A stretch of 64,000 nucleotides of DNA from an uncultured Lachnospiraceae bacterium (GTDB lineage Bacteria > Bacillota > Clostridia > Lachnospirales > Lachnospiraceae), in the NCBI GenBank assembly GCA_910586755.1, contig CAJUJM010000070.1, forward strand, positions 2,782 to 66,781, in the 5' to 3' direction. Every line of letters begins with the position of its first letter. The first letter of the stretch is position 1. Below, piece after piece: positions 9,368-18,646 of this stretch. The notes beneath the pieces were generated by a model. It made no database searches. It was not told where the DNA came from and was given only the letters and a program-made list of their open reading frames with translations. The position numbers and the translations under genes are program-made.

Positions 9368-9847
9368 ATGTTTTTGAAAGAATTATTTGGCAGCGGAAAG
9401 ACAAAGGGACAGATTTTGGCTCCTGTAAGCGGAACCTGCATTCCCATGAGCAAGGTAAAGGATCCCACCTTCAGCCAGGAGATTCTGGGAAAAGGCGTTG
9501 CAATCATTCCCTCTGAGGGAAAAATAGTAGCCCCGGGAGACGGGGAGGTAACTATGGTTTTTGAGACCCGGCATGCCATCAGCATTACCACAGGCGGCGC
9601 AGAGCTGATTATCCATATCGGCCTGGATACGGTAAATCTTCAGGGACAATACTTTGAAGCTTTTGTAAAATCCGGCGATAAGGTAAAGGCCGGAGACTTG
9701 ATGATAGAATTTGATCTGGAAAAAATCAAAGAAGCAGGATATGATGTGACTACCCCGGTAATCGTGTGCAACACTCCGGAATTCCCGGACATGGCCTGCC
9801 ATACGGGAATGGAAGTTCGTGCAGGAGAAGGGATAATCGACTTATAG
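9368..9847 (+). CDS. crr: PTS glucose-family EIIA component
   Basis: The track ORF starts at 9251, but a GAGGAGGA RBS precedes ATG 9368 (MFLKELFG...). EIIA-Glc motifs FETRHAIS and HIGLDTV are present. Confidence 0.88.
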   Translation: MFLKELFGSGKTKGQILAPVSGTCIPMSKVKDPTFSQEILGKGVAIIPSEGKIVAPGDGEVTMVFETRHAISITTGGAELIIHIGLDTVNLQGQYFEAFVKSGDKVKAGDLMIEFDLEKIKEAGYDVTTPVIVCNTPEFPDMACHTGMEVRAGEGIIDL

Positions 9848-9867
9848 AGGAAAAGAGGAGAGAAATT

Positions 9868-11055
9868 ATGATTTCAGAAAAAATGAAGCCCTTTGTGGAG
9901 AACAATTCCGCCATCCGCGCCATGTTTGAGGAAGGGAAAAAAATGGCGGCAGTCTATGGAAAGGAAAATGTCTATGATTTCAGCCTGGGAAATCCCAGCG
10001 TTCCGGCTCCGGCAGCAGTAAAACAGGCCATTCTGGATGTTCTGGAGGAAGAAGACGGGAGCATGGTCCACGGTTATATGAGCAACGCCGGATTTGAGGA
10101 TGTGCGGGAAACTATTGCCCAGTCCTTAAACCAGAGATTTGGAACCAGCTTTCACGTAAATAACATTATAATGACCGTAGGCGCTGCCAGCGGTATGAAT
10201 GTGATTTTAAAGTCCCTGGTGGATCCGGGGGATGAGGTTATCGCCTTTGCTCCCTATTTTATGGAGTACGGCGCTTATGTGAGAAATTATGACGGAGTTC
10301 TCACCGTAGTTTCCCCTGACACGGAAACCTTCCAGCCGAATCTTACCGAATTTGCAAAAAAAATCACCTCAAAGACCAAGGCAGTGATTATCAACACTCC
10401 CAATAATCCCACAGGCGTGGTATATTCAGCGGAAACTCTGGAGGCCATCAGCCGGATTCTGACAGAAAAGAGCAAAGAAACAGGCCGTTCCATTGTGCTG
10501 ATTTCCGATGAGCCTTACCGGGAGCTGGCCTATGACGGCGTAGAGGTTCCCTATGTAACCAGGTTTTATAAGAATACCGTAGTCTGCTACTCCTACAGCA
10601 AATCCCTGTCCCTTCCCGGCGAGCGAATCGGCTATCTGGTAATCCCGGATGAGATGGAGGACAGCAGCCAGGTATTTTCGGCGGCTTCTATTGCCAACCG
10701 GGTGTTGGGAAGCGTCAACGCGCCTTCTCTGATGCAGAGGGTGATTAAACGGTGCGTCAACGAAAAGGTAAACCTGGAAGCTTACGATAAGAACCGCAAC
10801 CTGCTGTACAATAGTCTTAAAAACCTGGGTTTTCAGTGCATTAAGCCGGAGGGAGCCTTCTATCTTTTTGTAAAATCTCCTGTGGAGGATGAAAAGGAAT
10901 TTGTAAACCTGTGCAAAAAATATCGGGTGCTGGTGGTTCCGGGAACCTCCTTTGCCTGCCCCGGCTATGTGCGGATTGCCTACTGCGTATCCTATGAGCA
11001 GATAGAAAGGTCCCTTCCGGCCTTTAAAGAGATTGCAGGAGAGTGCGGCTTATGA
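9868..11055 (+). CDS. Pyridoxal-phosphate aminotransferase, class I/II (aspartate/aromatic-type)
   Basis: Preferred start is ATG 9868 (MISEKMKPF...). The PLP lysine lies in the YSYSKSLSLPGERIGY context. Confidence 0.85.
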   Translation: MISEKMKPFVENNSAIRAMFEEGKKMAAVYGKENVYDFSLGNPSVPAPAAVKQAILDVLEEEDGSMVHGYMSNAGFEDVRETIAQSLNQRFGTSFHVNNIIMTVGAASGMNVILKSLVDPGDEVIAFAPYFMEYGAYVRNYDGVLTVVSPDTETFQPNLTEFAKKITSKTKAVIINTPNNPTGVVYSAETLEAISRILTEKSKETGRSIVLISDEPYRELAYDGVEVPYVTRFYKNTVVCYSYSKSLSLPGERIGYLVIPDEMEDSSQVFSAASIANRVLGSVNAPSLMQRVIKRCVNEKVNLEAYDKNRNLLYNSLKNLGFQCIKPEGAFYLFVKSPVEDEKEFVNLCKKYRVLVVPGTSFACPGYVRIAYCVSYEQIERSLPAFKEIAGECGL

Positions 11056-12104
11056 GAGGTTGGGAAAAGAATGTAAGAAAGGTGGTTCCCTATGTGCCCG
11101 GCGAGCAGCCGGCTTTGGAAAATCTGATTAAGCTGAATACCAACGAAAATCCCTATCCTCCGTCGCCAAAGGTTTTGGAGGCGCTGTCCCGGATGGACGG
11201 GGAGAAGCTTCGCAAGTACCCGGATCCGGCGTCCTCAAGATTGACCCGGGCCCTGGCAGAGCGCTATGGAGTGGCGGAGGATCAGGTGTTTGTGGGAGTC
11301 GGATCCGATGATGTGCTGGGAATGGCTTTTATGACTTTTTTTAACTCAGAAAAACCGGTTCTGTTTCCGGATATCAGTTACTCTTTTTATCCGGTTTGGG
11401 CGGATTTGCTGCGGATTCCCTATGAGACCCGGAAACTGGACGAGAATTTTACCATCCAAAAGGAAGACTATCTGACAGAGAACGGCGGAATTGTCTTCCC
11501 CAATCCCAATGCGCCTACAGGCCTTCTCATGCCCCTCTCAGAGGTGGAGGAAATTGTGGCAGCCAATCCGGATGCAGTGGTGATTGTAGACGAGGCCTAC
11601 ATTGACTTCGGAGGCCGATCTGCAGTACCTCTCATTGCGGGATATGACAATTTGCTGGTGGTTCAGACCTTTAGTAAGTCCCGATCCATGGCGGGGATGC
11701 GTATCGGATTTGCCCTGGGCCAGGCCCCTTTAATAAAGGCCATGTCGGATATTAAATACTCTTACAACTCCTATACCATGAACCTTCCTTCCCAGGTGGC
11801 AGGGGTGAAGGCATTAGAAGACGAGGAGTACTTTCAGAGCACCCTGAAAAAGGTAATAGAGACCAGGGAGAAGGCCAAAACCCGCCTGTCCGCATTAGGC
11901 TTTACCTTCCCGGATTCCAGGGCCAATTTTATCTTTGCAAAGCATAAGGAAAAGCCGGCTGAAGAGATTTTTCAGGCCCTAAAGGAAAGGCAGATCTTTG
12001 TCCGGCATTTTAACCAGCCCAGAATTCACGATTATCTGCGGATTACCGTGGGGACGGATGAGGAGATGGAAGCGCTGTTTGCCTTTCTTGAGGAATATCT
12101 GTAA
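11052..12104 (+). CDS. hisC: Histidinol-phosphate aminotransferase
   Basis: ATGA overlap with the upstream stop. Motifs: NENPYPPSP, the YPDP region and QTFSKSRSMAGMRIGF (PLP lysine). Confidence 0.85.
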   Translation: MRGWEKNVRKVVPYVPGEQPALENLIKLNTNENPYPPSPKVLEALSRMDGEKLRKYPDPASSRLTRALAERYGVAEDQVFVGVGSDDVLGMAFMTFFNSEKPVLFPDISYSFYPVWADLLRIPYETRKLDENFTIQKEDYLTENGGIVFPNPNAPTGLLMPLSEVEEIVAANPDAVVIVDEAYIDFGGRSAVPLIAGYDNLLVVQTFSKSRSMAGMRIGFALGQAPLIKAMSDIKYSYNSYTMNLPSQVAGVKALEDEEYFQSTLKKVIETREKAKTRLSALGFTFPDSRANFIFAKHKEKPAEEIFQALKERQIFVRHFNQPRIHDYLRITVGTDEEMEALFAFLEEYL

Positions 12105-12214
12105 GTAAACCTGCATGCGCCCGGCAATGGACGTACTACCGCACATGAAAGTCTGACGGGCGCATGGGGCATACCTGAATGCATGCCGCCTAATCGGCGG
12201 CGGGCTTTTATAGT
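12105..12214. repeat. 110-nt structured intergenic repeat, copy A (carries a terminator-like hairpin)
   Basis: An ungapped hand alignment to 57053-57162 gives 93/110 identical. Hairpin 1 is CATGCGCCCG (12114-12123) paired with CGGGCGCATG (12157-12166). Hairpin 2 is GCCGCC (12185-12190) paired with GGCGGC (12196-12201), followed by TTTT at 12206-12209. Confidence 0.8.
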
Positions 12215-12237
12215 GAAGGAAAGAAAGCGGGTGATAG

Positions 12238-13410
12238 ATGATGACAAATGCGGATAAGAAAAATACGGATTTTTATCATTATATCCGGGTTCTGTTAAAT
12301 ATTGTGATTCCGGCCGGAGGGACGCTTCTGGTGTGCTGGCTTTTGCCTAAATTTCTGCGGTTTTTTATGCCTTTTGTGGTGGGCTGGATTATTGCTATGA
12401 TCGCCAATCCCCTGGTGCGCCTTCTGGAAAGCAAGCTGAAAGTGGTGCGGAAACATGGCTCCATGCTGGTGGTAGTGATGGTTCTGGCGCTGATTATAGG
12501 AGGAATTTATCTGCTGATCAGTAAGCTGGCCATGGAAGCCTCCGGCCTGGCCAAAGATCTTCCCAGTCTTTGGGCTGCTTTCCAGACAGAGGCCAGAAGG
12601 ATAGGGCGCCAGCTTGACCAGATGTTTGCCTTTCTCCCGGATCAGATAGGGGAAAATCTGGAGGCTGTGGCAGACAATCTGGATTCTTATATCGGGGTGG
12701 TCCTGCAAAATATGGCCACTCCCACAGTGGAGGCGGCAGGAAGTGTGGCAAAAAGCCTGCCAAGTCTCCTGGTAAATACAGTGGTGATTATTCTGTCCTC
12801 GTACTTTTTTATTGCGGAGAGGGACAAAATCTTAAACCTTTGGAAACGGTATCTTCCGGAGAACAGCAAAAAGCATATGGCTCACATGCGCCAGGATGCG
12901 GTCCGCCTGGTGGGCGGCTATTTTGTGGCTCAGTTTCGGATTATGTTTGTAGTGGCGGCCATATTGACGGTAGGACTTCTGATTCTGCAGATTCCCTATA
13001 GCTTTCTTTTGGCCCTGTTAATCGCCTTTCTGGATTTCCTTCCGGTATTTGGCACAGGTACAGTGCTGATTCCCTGGGGACTGATTAAGCTTTTGTCCGG
13101 GGAATATTATCTGGCCGGCGGTTTGATTCTGCTCTATATTTTAAGCCAGTTTATCCGTCAGGCAATTCAGCCGAAAATCATGGGAGATACTATGGGGCTG
13201 CCGCCTCTTATTACTTTGATTCTGCTGTACATTGGATTTAAAGTAAGCGGTCTGGGAGGAATGATCCTTGCTGTTCCGGTAGGCTTATTGTTTTTAAATT
13301 TGTACAAATATGGAATCTACGATTCTATGATTGACAATCTGAGAATTTTCGTCCATGATATAGAGGAATTCCGAAAGAGGCGAGAAGGAGACCTGACCGA
13401 TGGAAAATAA
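12238..13410 (+). CDS. AI-2E family transporter (YtvI/PerM-like permease)
   Basis: 390 aa and polytopic, with family-typical length and topology and the conserved DFLPVFGTG segment. Confidence 0.8.
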   Translation: MMTNADKKNTDFYHYIRVLLNIVIPAGGTLLVCWLLPKFLRFFMPFVVGWIIAMIANPLVRLLESKLKVVRKHGSMLVVVMVLALIIGGIYLLISKLAMEASGLAKDLPSLWAAFQTEARRIGRQLDQMFAFLPDQIGENLEAVADNLDSYIGVVLQNMATPTVEAAGSVAKSLPSLLVNTVVIILSSYFFIAERDKILNLWKRYLPENSKKHMAHMRQDAVRLVGGYFVAQFRIMFVVAAILTVGLLILQIPYSFLLALLIAFLDFLPVFGTGTVLIPWGLIKLLSGEYYLAGGLILLYILSQFIRQAIQPKIMGDTMGLPPLITLILLYIGFKVSGLGGMILAVPVGLLFLNLYKYGIYDSMIDNLRIFVHDIEEFRKRREGDLTDGK

Positions 13411-14746
13411 TTTAGATACTGATCAGATAAAAGAGCTGGTATGGCGGCTGGCGTTTCCGTCCATGCTGGCTCAATTTGTCAGCGTATTCTACAGCATTGT
13501 AGACAGGATGTATATTGGAAATATTAAAGAAATCGGAGATCTGGCCCTGGCAGGGGTAGGGGTTTGCGGCCCCATTGTCACCATGATTTCTTCGGTGGCT
13601 TTTTGGGTGGGAATCGGAGGAGCCCCTTTGCTCAGCATCCGTCTGGGGCAGAAAAATGAAAAGAAGGCGGAGGAGATTTTGGCCAACTGTTTTCTGCTCC
13701 TTTCCGTAATGTCTGTAGCGATTACCATCTTGTCCTTAGGCGTAAAAGACTATCTTCTCAACTGGTTTGGAGCCAGGGGAGCGGTGTTTCCTTATGCGGA
13801 CGATTACATCACTATTTACCTTTCAGGAACGGTATTTGCCCTTTTGTCTACAGGAATGAACCAGTTTATTATCTGTCAGGGCTTTGCCCGGGTGGGAATG
13901 AAATCGGTTCTCATAGGGGCGGTATTAAATATTATCCTGGATCCGGTATTTATCTTCGGATTTCACATGGGAGTGTCCGGCGCTGCTCTGGCTACTGTTA
14001 TTTCCCAGATGGCGTCCTGCGTCTATGTGCTGCGTTTTCTGTTTGGCAGCCGGCCCATGATCCGGATTACCTTTGGCGGCTATCAGATAAAAGTTATGGC
14101 CCGGGTCCTGTTACTGGGCCTGACTCCCTTTTTGATTATTGCATTTGACAATATCCTGATTATTTCCTTAAACGCCACCATTCAGAAATACGGCGGGGCG
14201 TCCAGGGGGGACATGCTTCTGACCTGCAATACCATATTGCAGAGCTTTATGCTGATCGTTACCATGCCTCTCTCCGGAATTACAGGAGGAACCCAGACGA
14301 TTTTGGGCTATAATTATGGGGCCAGAAGGCCGGATCGGATCAAAAAGGCCCAAAAGCATATTTTGATATTGAGCCTTGCTTTCACTGCCATGATGTTTGG
14401 GGCGGCACAGTTTCTCCCCGGATACTTTACCATGATTTTTACCAGAGATCCTCAGTACATAACAATGACGGTCCGGGCTATCCGGATATACTCGCTGATG
14501 ATTATCCCCCTGGCTGTCCAGTATACGGTTGTGGACGGGTTTACCGGAATGGGGATTGCCGGGGTGGCTATTTCACTATCCACCTTCCGAAAGCTGATTT
14601 ATTTTGCCGGTGTATTTTTGATTCCCCTGTGGTCTGACATCACCAATGTTTTTTATACCGAGCCTGTTTCAGATTTGACTGCCGCTGTGGTGTCCAGCAT
14701 TGTTTACCTGCTTTTGATGAAAAAGATTGAGGAGGGAATTCTTTGA
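13400..14746 (+). CDS. MATE family efflux transporter
   Basis: 448 aa with 12 predicted TM segments and a typical MATE N-terminus (LAFPSMLAQFVSVFYSIVDRMYIG). It overlaps the upstream gene by 11 nt. Confidence 0.85.
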   Translation: MENNLDTDQIKELVWRLAFPSMLAQFVSVFYSIVDRMYIGNIKEIGDLALAGVGVCGPIVTMISSVAFWVGIGGAPLLSIRLGQKNEKKAEEILANCFLLLSVMSVAITILSLGVKDYLLNWFGARGAVFPYADDYITIYLSGTVFALLSTGMNQFIICQGFARVGMKSVLIGAVLNIILDPVFIFGFHMGVSGAALATVISQMASCVYVLRFLFGSRPMIRITFGGYQIKVMARVLLLGLTPFLIIAFDNILIISLNATIQKYGGASRGDMLLTCNTILQSFMLIVTMPLSGITGGTQTILGYNYGARRPDRIKKAQKHILILSLAFTAMMFGAAQFLPGYFTMIFTRDPQYITMTVRAIRIYSLMIIPLAVQYTVVDGFTGMGIAGVAISLSTFRKLIYFAGVFLIPLWSDITNVFYTEPVSDLTAAVVSSIVYLLLMKKIEEGIL

Positions 14747-15195
14747 AAATATTAGTAAGCGCCTGCCTTTTGGGAGTAAATTGCCGGTATGACGGAACCG
14801 GCGAGATGCGAGAATCGGTAAAGGAACTGATGAAGGACCACCAGCTGATCCCTGTCTGTCCGGAGATATTGGGAGGACTGAAAACGCCCCGCTGCCCGGC
14901 GGAGCGCCAGGGGGACAGGGTGGTAACAAGAGATGGGGAGGATGTAACGGAAGGCTACCGGAGAGGAGCGGAAGAGACCTTAAAGCTGGCAGAACTTTTT
15001 GAATGTTCTGCCGCCATCCTAAAGGAGAGAAGTCCGTCCTGCGGCTGTGGGAAAATCTATGACGGGACTTTTACCAAAACTCTGAAAGATGGGGACGGAA
15101 TCACTGCTCAATTGTTAAAAGCCCACGGGATCCCGGTGCTTGGGGATGCCACGTCTGAGCTGCCGTATTTGGGGAATCTGATGAGGAGAAAGTAG
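14743..15195 (+). CDS. DUF523 (YbbK/TudS-like) Fe-S protein
   Basis: TTG start preceded by GAGGAGGG. MKILVSACLLGVNCRYDG is the family-typical N-terminus, and conserved Cys residues occur in PVCPE and SPSCG. Confidence 0.8.
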   Translation: MKILVSACLLGVNCRYDGTGEMRESVKELMKDHQLIPVCPEILGGLKTPRCPAERQGDRVVTRDGEDVTEGYRRGAEETLKLAELFECSAAILKERSPSCGCGKIYDGTFTKTLKDGDGITAQLLKAHGIPVLGDATSELPYLGNLMRRK

Positions 15196-15225
15196 TTGAT
15201 AGACAGCAGGCATACATGATAAAAT
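15196..15225 (+). promoter_or_regulatory. Candidate sigma-A promoter for the L,D-transpeptidase gene
   Basis: TTGATA (15196-15201), then a 17-18 nt spacer, then ATAAAAT (15219-15225). Confidence 0.55.
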
Positions 15226-15246
15226 GATATGAGATTCATGAGGGCT

Positions 15247-15296
15247 TACCCTCAGTGAACAAGGGCAACCGTGTGTCCACTTGTCCACTGAGGGTA
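15247..15296 (+). other. Leader stem-loop upstream of the L,D-transpeptidase gene
   Basis: TACCCTCAGTG (15247-15257) pairs perfectly with CACTGAGGGTA (15286-15296). An inner ACAAG/CTTGT extension is possible. No T-run follows, so it is not a classical terminator. Confidence 0.6.
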
Positions 15297-15325
15297 GAAA
15301 ATATATGGAAAGCTAGGAGATTGAT

Positions 15326-17191
15326 TTGGAAAAAGAAGGATTGGAGAAGGAAAAGATTCAAAAACCCATAGAAGCAAAGCTGCTGGTCATTGCCGTGGGA
15401 GCGGCTGCGGCCCTTTTTTCAGGTATGGCTTCTTATTATATAGTAAGAGCACAGCATTACAGGGAGCGGTTTTTCCCCAACACGGTTATTAACGGCGTTG
15501 AGGCAGAGGGGCTTACGCCTGGCGAGGTTATGGGAGAGATTGCTTCCGGACTGGGAAATTATGAGCTGACTTTAAAGACCCGAAACGGAAATGAGGGGAT
15601 CCGGGGCAGCCAGATTGGGCTTATGGCCCAGTTTGATGAGGATTTGGAAACTCTTTTGGAAGATCAGAACCCCTATGCCTGGGGACTGGGGTATTTTAAA
15701 CCGGAGGAACATAAAATACCTGCCGTTACAGTATTTGATCAGGAGCTTTTGGATAAAACGTTAGACAATCTGGCTTGCTTTGATCCATCCCGGATAGAAA
15801 AGCCGGAGAATGCCCGGATTTCTGATTATATTCCGGGAACCGGCTATGAGATTGTCCCGGAGACTCCGGGAACAGAGCTGAATAAGGATCAGGTAAAGGA
15901 AGTTGTTGCCGGGAAAATCATAGGAATGGAGAGGGAAGCCGACCTGGAAGCCGCAGGCTGTTATAAGACGGCAGAGATCCGCCGGGATTATCCTGGCCTG
16001 AAGGAAGAGTGCAGCCGGTTAAATCACTACGTCCAGACCAAGGTCACTTACCAGTTTGGGGAAAAAGAAGAGATTTTAGACGGAGATACCATAAACCAGT
16101 GGCTCATTCGGGGAGAGGATGGTACAATCTCCCTGGATGAGGAACAGGTAGCCGGATTTGTGGATGAGCTTGCGGATCAATACAACACAGCCTATACCAC
16201 AAGAACCTTTCAGACCAGCTATGGCCCTGAAGTTAAGGTAAGCGGAAGCTATGGCTGGCGGATCAATAAAAAAGAAGAGACAGCCCGGCTTTTGGAAATT
16301 TTGGAGTCCGGGGAGAGCCAGGTAAGAGAGCCGGTATACTTTCAGAAGGCAGCTTCCTATGATGGCAGTGATTACGGAAATACCTATGCAGAGGTCAATT
16401 TAACAGCCCAACATATGTTTTTTTACAAAGACGGGCAGATGGTGCTGGAATCGGATTTTGTCTCCGGAAACCAGAGAAGGAACTTTACCACTCCGCCGGG
16501 GATATTCGGCCTGACCTACAAGCAGAGGAAAGCAGTGTTAAAAGGACAGGGCTATGCCAGTCCGGTGGATTTCTGGATGCCTTTTAACGGGGGCATCGGA
16601 TTTCACGACGCCACCTGGAGAGGGAGCTTTGGAGGAAATATCTACAAGACCAACGGATCCCACGGCTGTATCAATATGCCTTATGCCAAGGCAAAAGAGC
16701 TCTATGATCTGGTATATACCAATGTGCCGGTAATCTGTTATAATCTGGAGGGAACGGAGAGTGGAAAATCCTCCGCTGGTTCCCAGGGGGGAAGCGGATC
16801 CGGGACAAAATCCGGAGGAGGACAGTCCTGGCAGGCGGTTCCGCCCAGTGTGCCGGCGCCTCAGGAAACTCAGCCGGCAGTTTTGCCCAGCACGCCGGCG
16901 CCTTCTGAGACACCACCGGCGGTTCCGCCCAGTCAGCCCGCGCCTTCTGAGACACCGCCTCAGCCAGAGGGAACTCTCATCACCCCGGCTCAGCCGGACG
17001 GACAGACGCCAGAGGAAAGCCCTGATGTGCCTTCCACCCTTCCGGCAGCGCCTTCTGCACCGGCAGATCAGCCTTCCACACCGGCGGCTCAGCCTGACAG
17101 CCCGGTGATTACGCCGGCAGAAGACTTTGGTCCGGGAATGGTTTCTACCACTGCCGCGGACAAACAGCCGGAGATTGGCCCCGGCGTGTAG
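15326..17191 (+). CDS. L,D-transpeptidase (YkuD domain) with N-terminal TM and Pro-rich C-terminal tail
   Basis: TTG start 6 nt after AGGAG. The YkuD catalytic region is GIGFHDATW...GSHGCINM. The C-terminus is low complexity (PAPSETPP repeats). Confidence 0.85.
   Translation: MEKEGLEKEKIQKPIEAKLLVIAVGAAAALFSGMASYYIVRAQHYRERFFPNTVINGVEAEGLTPGEVMGEIASGLGNYELTLKTRNGNEGIRGSQIGLMAQFDEDLETLLEDQNPYAWGLGYFKPEEHKIPAVTVFDQELLDKTLDNLACFDPSRIEKPENARISDYIPGTGYEIVPETPGTELNKDQVKEVVAGKIIGMEREADLEAAGCYKTAEIRRDYPGLKEECSRLNHYVQTKVTYQFGEKEEILDGDTINQWLIRGEDGTISLDEEQVAGFVDELADQYNTAYTTRTFQTSYGPEVKVSGSYGWRINKKEETARLLEILESGESQVREPVYFQKAASYDGSDYGNTYAEVNLTAQHMFFYKDGQMVLESDFVSGNQRRNFTTPPGIFGLTYKQRKAVLKGQGYASPVDFWMPFNGGIGFHDATWRGSFGGNIYKTNGSHGCINMPYAKAKELYDLVYTNVPVICYNLEGTESGKSSAGSQGGSGSGTKSGGGQSWQAVPPSVPAPQETQPAVLPSTPAPSETPPAVPPSQPAPSETPPQPEGTLITPAQPDGQTPEESPDVPSTLPAAPSAPADQPSTPAAQPDSPVITPAEDFGPGMVSTTAADKQPEIGPGV
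16834..16959 (+). repeat. 3 x 42-nt in-frame tandem repeat inside the L,D-transpeptidase gene
   Basis: Units at 16834-16875, 16876-16917 and 16918-16959 each encode a 14-aa AVPPSxPAPSETxP-like module. Confidence 0.85.
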
Positions 17192-17206
17192 AGGAAAGGA
17201 AATCCA

Positions 17207-18643
17207 ATGAACAGGAAAACATTTATCAGCAGAATGTTGATTTTATCTTTCATAATTTCCCTGATTGGAGGAAATACTGTATTTGCGGCCCCGGCGTGGA
17301 CCGACGACTCCGGCGTAAGTTTGGAGTCGGAAGCGGGAATTGTTATAGACGCCCAGTCCGGAGCCGTGATATATGGAAAAAACAGCAAGGAACAATATTT
17401 TCCGGCCAGCATTACCAAGGTAATGACAGCCCTTTTGGTGCTGGAAAACTGCTCTATGGATGATATGGTGACATTTTCCCATGATGCAGTTTATAATGTA
17501 GAATCCGGAAGTACCAATGCAGGAATAGACGAAGGAGAGCAGATGACGGTAAAGGACTGCCTTTACGCTATGATGCTGAAGTCTGCCAATGAGGCGGCCA
17601 ACGCCCTGGCAGAGCATGTATCCGGCAGCAGGGAGGCCTTTGCGGACTTGATGACAGCCCGGGCAAAGGAGCTGGGATGTGAGAATACCAGCTTTAAAAA
17701 TCCCAGCGGCTTAAATGATCCGGAACACTATACCACAGCCAGTGATTTTGCCCTGATTGTCCGGGCTGCCTGGAAGCTGGAGGGATTTCGGGAAATAGAA
17801 TCCAGGCTGACCTATCAACTCCCTCCTACCAGAAACGATCCTGAGGGCCTGATCATCCGCCAGGAGCACAAGATGATGCTGGAGTCCTGGGGCCAGTATT
17901 ACGACCCTGAGGTAAAGGGAGGAAAGACCGGGTACACTATGCTTGCCGGGAATACCCTGGCCACCGTGGCAGAACGGGACGGAAGGACTCTGATTGTGGT
18001 GATTTTAAAAGGCAGCAAGCCGGATCACTATACCACTTATACGGATACCAGAAAGCTTTTAGATTATGGGTTTGAGGGATTTATCAATTATAATCCCGCA
18101 CAGGAAGAGACAGATTTAACCGGACTGTTTGAAGAGCTAAAGGCTCTGGGAGCAAATCTGGGAGATGAAGCACAGATTACAATAGACACAGAAGGTACGA
18201 TTACCGTCCCGGCAGGGGCAGCATATTCGGATGCCGCCCGAAGCATCTCCACAGAGCTGGCCGCGGATGCTCCTTTCGGGGCAATCGCCCGCCTGGACTA
18301 TACTTACGAGGGAAGACCGGTTGGAAGCGCATATATAAAGACAGAACAAAACGTTTCCATTGTCACGGAACCGGAAAACCAGGGACAGGAAAGCCAAAAT
18401 GCAGACAAAGAGGGCCGGAGAGGGATTCCGGGGATGTGGATTTTCATCGGAGCAGGAATTGCGGTTCTGGTGGCTTTGGCAGCAGGTCTGATTGTTATGC
18501 GGAGCCGGCAGGTTAAGAAAGAACGGCAGAGACGGGAAGAGCGGATACAGGCCCGCAGGCGCAGGCTGGAAGAGTCCGGAATTTCCATGGAAGAATTTGA
18601 ACGCCTTTTAAAAGAGAAGCAGAATAAAGAAAAAGGATCGTAA
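17207..18643 (+). CDS. D-alanyl-D-alanine carboxypeptidase (S11, PBP5/DacB-like)
   Basis: Signal peptide present. Motifs: SxxK (SITK), SxN (SAN) and KTG (GKTGYT). The C-terminus has a TM and a charged coiled tail. Confidence 0.88.
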   Translation: MNRKTFISRMLILSFIISLIGGNTVFAAPAWTDDSGVSLESEAGIVIDAQSGAVIYGKNSKEQYFPASITKVMTALLVLENCSMDDMVTFSHDAVYNVESGSTNAGIDEGEQMTVKDCLYAMMLKSANEAANALAEHVSGSREAFADLMTARAKELGCENTSFKNPSGLNDPEHYTTASDFALIVRAAWKLEGFREIESRLTYQLPPTRNDPEGLIIRQEHKMMLESWGQYYDPEVKGGKTGYTMLAGNTLATVAERDGRTLIVVILKGSKPDHYTTYTDTRKLLDYGFEGFINYNPAQEETDLTGLFEELKALGANLGDEAQITIDTEGTITVPAGAAYSDAARSISTELAADAPFGAIARLDYTYEGRPVGSAYIKTEQNVSIVTEPENQGQESQNADKEGRRGIPGMWIFIGAGIAVLVALAAGLIVMRSRQVKKERQRREERIQARRRRLEESGISMEEFERLLKEKQNKEKGS

Positions 18644-18646
18644 AAT

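Noticed and set aside
16671-17108. Alternative-frame ORFs (16761..17108 plus strand, 16671..16955 minus strand) in the L,D-transpeptidase 3' region
   Set aside because: They are artefacts of the GC-rich Pro-codon tandem repeats. The main frame continues from the YkuD domain.
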